From an uncultured Bacillota bacterium (GTDB taxonomy: Bacteria; Bacillota_I; Bacilli_A; RF39; UBA660): a stretch of DNA of 64,000 nt. Both the position numbers and the translations under genes were made by a program. Every line of letters starts with the position of its first letter. Positions within the stretch are counted from its first letter, which is position 1. Where the stretch lies: contig CAMVLZ010000001.1 in the NCBI GenBank assembly GCA_947168485.1, positions 39,705 through 103,704 of the forward strand, in the 5' to 3' direction. The notes beneath the pieces were generated by a model. It searched no databases. It worked only from the letters and a program-made list of their open reading frames with translations, and was not told where the DNA came from. Below are positions 57,850 through 64,000 of the stretch, piece after piece.

Positions 57850-59898
57850 TTACTTAACGTCTTTTAATAAGTCATATACAATTATATTATTTGAAACATC
57901 TAATAATTTGTTTGTATATTCAGTATTTTCAATTAATTCTTCTTGTGATATAGCTTTTGTTGTTAAAGGGTATGTCTCACTCTTTTGAGAATTATAATAT
58001 ACTTTATTATTTACCCAGTTTCCATTAGGGAAACATACTAAATTGTTATTCTTTGTATTGAATATATCATGTCCTAAAGCATATTTATTTTCAAATCCAA
58101 ACATGTTTCCTATAGTAGGAAGAACATCATACATTCCCATTGTATAATTAACTTTTTTATTTAATTTAGTACCTTTCATATCTTTTGTCCATATTATAAA
58201 TGGTACTTTTCTTCCTAATTCATATTGATATTGATCATATTCTTTATAATTAGGATCATCTTCATCTAAAAGTGAATCAGTCTTTTTATCATAATTATAT
58301 AATAAATTATAATCTTTTCTAGGTAATCTAGCATCATGATCTCCATATAGAATTACTACTGTATTTTCTAATAATCCAGCATCTTCTAACTCTTTTAAGA
58401 ATTCTCCTAGAGCTTGATCTGCATAATGAAGAGATTTAAAATAATTACCTAATTTAGTACCTTCCATATATGGATGAGATACTTCTTCTACTTTTCCATC
58501 TTTATTTTTAACTCTTTCTTTAATATCAACTGGGAACTCTCCATAATGTTCTACATCACTAAATGGTGTATGATTAGATAACATTATCATAAGTCCATAC
58601 CAATTTTTCTTCTTTTCATTTATATCTTTTAGTATAGGTATTGATTGTTTAAAGAACTCTTTATCACTTAAACCTAATCCTATAGTATTATCTTTATTAA
58701 CTTCATATGAAGCTTTATCATATAATTTTTTATATCCTAATGATTCATGCATTACTTTTCTATTCCAGAAACTACCATTATTCGCATGCATTGCGAATGT
58801 ATAATAACCTTTTTCATCTAATAATGAAGGAATAGCTATATAACTTCTATTGTAGTATGAAACAAATGCTGTTCCTGATTTAGTAGGCATAAGTGATGTA
58901 GTTGAAGTAAGTTCTGTATCACTTGAAGTACCTACACTAACTTGTGAATAGAAGTTAGGGAAAAACATTCCTGAGTCTGCCATTTTATTTAAGTTTGGAG
59001 TTACTTCTTTTCCATTAAACTTTAATGACATGGCATTAGTCATCATACTTTCACCATGAATCATGATAACATTTTTACCTTTAAATAAATTAGTATATTT
59101 ATTTTTCTTTTCTGGTTTCTTTTCTTCAAAATATTCAGTAAATTCTTGCTGTGCCTTATCTCTACCAAACATAGAATTAATCTTAGGTTGTAGAGAAGAA
59201 ATTATATCATTACCTTGGTAAATATATATACCAAATCTCATAACAATATATTCTTTATTCCATTGTTTAACTAATCTAGATACATCTAATGGTTTCATAG
59301 TTGCAAAGAAGAAAATAGCTAAAACTCCAGCAATACTAATAGTAGTTAACATTTTCTTTTTACGAATAGATTTAATTTCTACTTTACTAAAATATTTTCT
59401 TTTATTTAATTTTCTTGCTAGAACAATCATTATAATTGGAGCAAATATATATACTACATCTTTTAATTGTACTACGTTTTCAACAACTGCATCCCCTACT
59501 TGTCCTACATATTGAATAAGTCCTATCATAGATAAAGATGCAAATGAAGTATAGAAAGTATAGTATATAGAATTAATCATACATATAAGTGAGAAAAATA
59601 TTGTAAATCCAATAAAGTAAGTAGATCTATTTTTAGGTTTTAATAAATAACCAAAAGCTCCTACAAAAGAGACTATCATTGCATCAGCAATTATTGCTCT
59701 AAGAGATAAATAATTTTCTAGTGAATGCATACAAAAGAATCTAAGAATAGTAGCATTTAATACATTTAATACTAAATATGCAAAGAATAACATATTATTC
59801 TTTATATAATTACTAATTACACGTTCTTTAATAATAGTATGTACATTCTTCTTAGTCTTATTATATAACCTTTTAAATTTTACTTTTAATCTATTCAT
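57850..59898 (-). CDS. LtaS-family lipoteichoic acid synthase / sulfatase-fold phosphoglycerol transferase
   Basis: Five N-terminal TM followed by a sulfatase domain (IMIHGESMMTNAMS...SVGTSSDTE...). Confidence 0.8.
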   Translation of the reverse strand: MNRLKVKFKRLYNKTKKNVHTIIKERVISNYIKNNMLFFAYLVLNVLNATILRFFCMHSLENYLSLRAIIADAMIVSFVGAFGYLLKPKNRSTYFIGFTIFFSLICMINSIYYTFYTSFASLSMIGLIQYVGQVGDAVVENVVQLKDVVYIFAPIIMIVLARKLNKRKYFSKVEIKSIRKKKMLTTISIAGVLAIFFFATMKPLDVSRLVKQWNKEYIVMRFGIYIYQGNDIISSLQPKINSMFGRDKAQQEFTEYFEEKKPEKKNKYTNLFKGKNVIMIHGESMMTNAMSLKFNGKEVTPNLNKMADSGMFFPNFYSQVSVGTSSDTELTSTTSLMPTKSGTAFVSYYNRSYIAIPSLLDEKGYYTFAMHANNGSFWNRKVMHESLGYKKLYDKASYEVNKDNTIGLGLSDKEFFKQSIPILKDINEKKKNWYGLMIMLSNHTPFSDVEHYGEFPVDIKERVKNKDGKVEEVSHPYMEGTKLGNYFKSLHYADQALGEFLKELEDAGLLENTVVILYGDHDARLPRKDYNLLYNYDKKTDSLLDEDDPNYKEYDQYQYELGRKVPFIIWTKDMKGTKLNKKVNYTMGMYDVLPTIGNMFGFENKYALGHDIFNTKNNNLVCFPNGNWVNNKVYYNSQKSETYPLTTKAISQEELIENTEYTNKLLDVSNNIIVYDLLKDVK

Positions 59899-59921
59899 AT
59901 CTTTATCACTTGTCCTTATAA

Positions 59922-60773
59922 CTAGTTCTTTTTCTTTTCAATTTTAATTACCTCAGTAGATGTTGTATCAAATACTTCATTTCTAGGAGTATCTGAAGCA
60001 TTTATTATTAATCCTAATGAGAATATATATGATAATAAATATACCCAAATTAGTAATATTAAAATTGATGAAATACTTCCATATATAATATCATATCTAA
60101 CAAAGTATGTTGTATATATAGAATAAAACTCACTTGCGACTATCCAACCAAATGTTGTAAATAGAGCTCCTTTTGTTGTTGAAGATGACTTTATCTTCTT
60201 ATCTGGAGCCATAACATATATCAATTTTATATTTATATATAAAATTATAATTATAAGTGGATATTTTACTAATTGATATATTCTAAATAATATATTAATT
60301 GATTGTTTATCTCTTACATAGTCTTTTATTATTCCAAATATCTGATCTCCAAATACTGGAACAACTAATAAGAAAACAAATAATATAACTAATATAAATG
60401 TCATTACAACTGCTTTTATTCTTCTTTTAATGAATCCACTATCTTCAATCTTATATATTTCATTTGAAGTAATAATAATTGAATGTAGACCATTAGAAGC
60501 AATAACAAAGCATAATATTAAGAATATTGCGATATTATATCCTCCAGTACTTCCAGTAATACCATTAAGCATACTGATTACATCTCCTGGTATATAATTA
60601 TTAGATGTAAATGTTCCTATATCTATACCTAATTTCATACCAATAAATCTTATTAAAGCAACTGTAGGAAATAATGACATAACAATAAAAAAAGCAAGTT
60701 GTCCAGGTAAGACTCTCATTTCGGTAGTATTTGTCATATTTAAAAATTTCTTAGCGAACTTCCTTGCTTTCAA
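59922..60773 (-). CDS. YihY/BrkB-family membrane protein
   Basis: PGQLAFFIVMSLFP plus 6 TM. Confidence 0.7.
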   Translation of the reverse strand: MKARKFAKKFLNMTNTTEMRVLPGQLAFFIVMSLFPTVALIRFIGMKLGIDIGTFTSNNYIPGDVISMLNGITGSTGGYNIAIFLILCFVIASNGLHSIIITSNEIYKIEDSGFIKRRIKAVVMTFILVILFVFLLVVPVFGDQIFGIIKDYVRDKQSINILFRIYQLVKYPLIIIILYINIKLIYVMAPDKKIKSSSTTKGALFTTFGWIVASEFYSIYTTYFVRYDIIYGSISSILILLIWVYLLSYIFSLGLIINASDTPRNEVFDTTSTEVIKIEKKKN

Positions 60774-60786
60774 TTTATCAATCCTC

Positions 60787-62829
60787 TTATTTATATTCTT
60801 CTTTATTAGTAATCATTTCTAATGTAGCTTCATTAATAGCATCATCTAAATTCTTAATAGAATCATTAATCATACTATATCCTATAGCTGCTCCAAACTC
60901 ATGTGGAAGTGACTTCATTTCTTTAGATAATTTCTTAGTATATGTAGCAATTTGTTTTTCACTATAACCTACTAAGTAAATTAAGAATTCATTTCCATCT
61001 GTTCTAATAATCTCACTATTTTCTAATTGAGTATTTACTAGTACAGAAGCAGCTTTAACTATTAATTCATCACCTTTTTCATGACCATAATTATCATTAA
61101 CATATTTTACATTATTTAAATCAACAATAACTATAGATTGAGGGAACACTTCACATTCTTCCCATTCAGGCATTTTAGCATTTAAATAATTTCTATTTTT
61201 AAGTGATGTTAACATATCAGTATATTTATGTCTATCATCTATTTTAATCTTTTTCTTCTTACGTTTTCTATTAATAAATAAATAGATAATTCCTAATATA
61301 ATTAATGGTATAAAGATAATTGCTAAAACTATTAAGTATGCATTTTGCATAGAAGTATTAGCTAAAATAGATTGATGTAAATTATCTATACCAGTATTTC
61401 TATAATTATAATAAGAATTTGTATTGATTATATAATTGAATAGATTATAAAAATCTTTATTAGAATTCTTAATCATAAATTTATAATCATTCATCATAGT
61501 ATCTTTATATAATAATTTATATTTTTTAAACTTAGTATTTTGATAATATGTATATACTTCACTATCTACTACTAATATCTTATCTTTTGATTTTTTAATT
61601 AAATCATTAATAGATGAATAAGTATCTATATTAGTACGTGTATTATTAGCAAAATAATTATATAAAGAATCTTCTTGTAACATACAAATATCTTGATCTT
61701 TTAAACTCTCTAATGTAGTTACAATATGTTTATCTTTTTCTTTTCCTAGTACTACATAATCTTCAATAAATGTAGATTTTGTAGGAGTATATTTATTATT
61801 ATTGTAATTATAATAATCAAAATAAATATCTACTTTTCCTCTATCAATAGCTTCTTTTAGAGCTTTTTTAGTAGGATATTTTTCATAAGTAAAATTTATC
61901 TTAGCTAAGCGTTCTGTTCTATTGATATATTCTCCTGCGATACCTGCTAAAGTATTATTAACTTTTACTTCATATGGTTCATTTTCTACATAACCATAAA
62001 CATAATTTTTACCTAATAATTTAGACTTAGTAGCAGCATCTACATCATTCATTTTTAAATAATAGTTTAAATATTCTTTATTATATTCTTTAACATAATT
62101 ATTATTACGCCATTTATTATAGAATTTATTTAAAATAGTATTTAATTCTTTATTATTATCACTTAGTGTTAATACTAATTTTTTATAGTATTCAGTAATA
62201 ACATAATTAATTTGATATTCTCCAGTAATTGTATAATTTAAATACATTATATTTGGAACAATTACCATATTAACTTTATCAGTCTTAAGTGCATTAAATA
62301 ATTCTTGTTCAGTATTATATTGATTATATGAGATATTAGAACCACTCTTTAAATAATAACTTACATCTTCACTATCTTTAGCAAAAACTCCTATAGTTAC
62401 ATTTTTGATATCTTTAATGTGATTAATTCTCATAGATTTTTTACTTATTACTACATAGTAATCATCAAAAATCTCTAAATCATTTTTACTTAACTTAGTA
62501 TTATTATTAACTATTCTAACTCTATAACTTTTTCCTTTAGTAGATTTACTTTTAGCATAAGGTGTCTTAGCTAATTCAATACCTACTTTTTCTTGGAATT
62601 CTGATAGAAAGTCAAATAATACACCATCTCCATTATATGCATATAATGGATAATCATTTACTATTTCAATATCAAAACTATTCTCTTTATTTTTTTCTAC
62701 CCATCTTTTTTCATTAACAGTTAGAGATGTCTTTCTATCTACTCTACTATACGATAAATAGATAATTGCAAAAGCAATTATCGCTATTAAGATAGGTATA
62801 ATTATTATATACTTCTTATTTTTTTTCAT
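60787..62829 (-). CDS. Membrane receptor with two extracytoplasmic SBP_bac_3-like domains and a cytoplasmic degenerate GGDEF domain (DGNEF)
   Basis: TM1, then about 470 aa with two PBP-like modules, then TM2. After that comes LTSLKNR...IVDLNNVKYVNDNYGHEKGDE...RTDGNEFLIY. Confidence 0.65.
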   Translation of the reverse strand: MKKNKKYIIIIPILIAIIAFAIIYLSYSRVDRKTSLTVNEKRWVEKNKENSFDIEIVNDYPLYAYNGDGVLFDFLSEFQEKVGIELAKTPYAKSKSTKGKSYRVRIVNNNTKLSKNDLEIFDDYYVVISKKSMRINHIKDIKNVTIGVFAKDSEDVSYYLKSGSNISYNQYNTEQELFNALKTDKVNMVIVPNIMYLNYTITGEYQINYVITEYYKKLVLTLSDNNKELNTILNKFYNKWRNNNYVKEYNKEYLNYYLKMNDVDAATKSKLLGKNYVYGYVENEPYEVKVNNTLAGIAGEYINRTERLAKINFTYEKYPTKKALKEAIDRGKVDIYFDYYNYNNNKYTPTKSTFIEDYVVLGKEKDKHIVTTLESLKDQDICMLQEDSLYNYFANNTRTNIDTYSSINDLIKKSKDKILVVDSEVYTYYQNTKFKKYKLLYKDTMMNDYKFMIKNSNKDFYNLFNYIINTNSYYNYRNTGIDNLHQSILANTSMQNAYLIVLAIIFIPLIILGIIYLFINRKRKKKKIKIDDRHKYTDMLTSLKNRNYLNAKMPEWEECEVFPQSIVIVDLNNVKYVNDNYGHEKGDELIVKAASVLVNTQLENSEIIRTDGNEFLIYLVGYSEKQIATYTKKLSKEMKSLPHEFGAAIGYSMINDSIKNLDDAINEATLEMITNKEEYK

Positions 62830-62831
62830 AA

Positions 62832-63308
62832 TTATCTATCCCTTGTCCATGAAAACTTATCTTTACCACGATGTAAATATCCAATTATAGGGAATGAATC
62901 ATCTTTTTTATCTTTTTTAAAGAATACTTGTACATCATATACTTTTCTTTCATCATTAGATAATACTTTCTTAATATCAGCTGCTTTTTCTTTAGCTGTT
63001 TTACCTTTAATATTATCCTTTAAAGTAACAACAATTTCTATTATTTTTCCTTGTTCTGTTACTGTAGTCTTTTCATCTATATCACTAAAAACTTCTCCTA
63101 ATTGATCTTCTTTATTATTAGAAATTTTTACATTTTCAATAGCTTTAGTTCTAGTTCCATAGATTGCTTCTCTATCAGTATTATTTAATAGATTTCTAGT
63201 ATAAAGTAATGTTATTATTCCTAGAATAACTATTAAAATTAATGAACTAATATTCTTATGATTTTTTATAAATTCCATATTATCACATCCTACTATAACA
63301 TTATACAC
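62832..63308 (-). CDS. Membrane-anchored hypothetical protein
   Basis: N-terminal TM. Confidence 0.4.
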   Translation of the reverse strand: MYNVIVGCDNMEFIKNHKNISSLILIVILGIITLLYTRNLLNNTDREAIYGTRTKAIENVKISNNKEDQLGEVFSDIDEKTTVTEQGKIIEIVVTLKDNIKGKTAKEKAADIKKVLSNDERKVYDVQVFFKKDKKDDSFPIIGYLHRGKDKFSWTRDR

Positions 63309-63335
63309 TATGTATAATTCATTTTCAATTTACAA

Positions 63336-64000
63336 TTAGTTGTCTAACTTATCCTTTAAGATTGACATTGCGATAGATGGATTTACTCCACCTTTAGTTT
63401 CTTTCATTACTTGTCCCATTAGATATTTGATTGCTCTATCATGACCATTCTTATAATCAGATACTGATTCAGGATTAGCTTCAATTATTTCATTTACTAT
63501 TTTTTCTATCTTATCAGTATCAGTAATATTAGAAATATTACTTGATTTAATAATTTCTTCTATAGAAGATTCTTCTTCCATAACTTTAGATAATATATCT
63601 TTTAAATTCTTACTACTTAGAGTTTTATTAGATATATTATTTACTAAATCTATGAATCTTTCTTTAGTAAGAGTAGTCTCTTCAATTGTTTTTTCAGTTT
63701 TATTAAGATATTCTGAGATATCACCTAATAATAAATTAGCTGCTTGTTGGAAATCAATTTTTTCTTCTAACAATTCATTAATATAATCAGATAAATCTCT
63801 ATTTTGAACTAACTTTTTAGAATTAATTTCTGACATACCTAATTCTAAGTATTTTTCTCTTCTTTCATCTGGTAACATTGGTATAGTTTTTTTAACAGAT
63901 TCAATCATCTCATCAGTAACAATAACTGTTGGAATATCTGGTTCTGGGAAATATCTATAATCATTACCAGTTTCTTTAACTCTCATTAGAACTGTATCAT
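63336..64000 (-). CDS. gatB: Asp/Glu-tRNA amidotransferase subunit B, C-terminal part. The gene continues beyond the window edge.
   Basis: RYFPEPDIP, plus the C-terminal GatB/YqeY domain ...AIKYLMGQVMKETKGGVNP. Confidence 0.8.
   Translation of the reverse strand, partial: DTVLMRVKETGNDYRYFPEPDIPTVIVTDEMIESVKKTIPMLPDERREKYLELGMSEINSKKLVQNRDLSDYINELLEEKIDFQQAANLLLGDISEYLNKTEKTIEETTLTKERFIDLVNNISNKTLSSKNLKDILSKVMEEESSIEEIIKSSNISNITDTDKIEKIVNEIIEANPESVSDYKNGHDRAIKYLMGQVMKETKGGVNPSIAMSILKDKLDN

Overview
This is a very AT-rich, low-GC Firmicutes-type window of 64 kb; the likely host is a Clostridia- or Erysipelotrichia-like Gram-positive, and the taxon cannot be fixed from sequence alone. Positions 1-11304 are the right arm of an integrated siphovirus-like prophage that continues beyond the left edge of the window. 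It carries a tandem array of small paralogous coiled-coil genes, two HNH endonucleases, a Sak/Rad52-like annealing protein, an SSB-like protein, a G39P-like helicase loader and a replisome organizer with internal iterons. It ends with a Cro / cI / ImmA lysogeny switch and a tyrosine integrase. Immediately to the right is a small accessory island. It holds a cytoplasmic LRR/transglutaminase-like cysteine-protease-fold protein with a small partner gene, and a three-gene membrane-protein module bracketed by two copies of a roughly 45-bp hairpin-containing repeat. The rest is chromosomal backbone. It includes a PLP cluster (YggS, alanine racemase, cyclophilin-like lipoprotein), a YitT protein, and a ClpX paralogue that lacks the zinc-binding domain and has an unrelated N-terminal domain. 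There is a LemA locus with two DUF3137-like paralogues, YbaK, and three ABC exporter genes around a divergent promoter; the lone plus-strand exporter is preceded by a 29-codon leader ORF and a terminator hairpin, which looks like ribosome-mediated attenuation. A large cell-envelope cluster follows: GtrA/GtrB-like and GT2-GtrA glycosyltransferases, FemAB, DagK, GH25 and GH73 autolysins and a C39-like peptidase with cell-wall-binding repeats, a PASTA-only membrane protein, an LCP ligase, and LtaS. The window closes with YihY, a degenerate-GGDEF receptor, and the 3' part of gatB. No rRNA, tRNA or CRISPR array was recognised.
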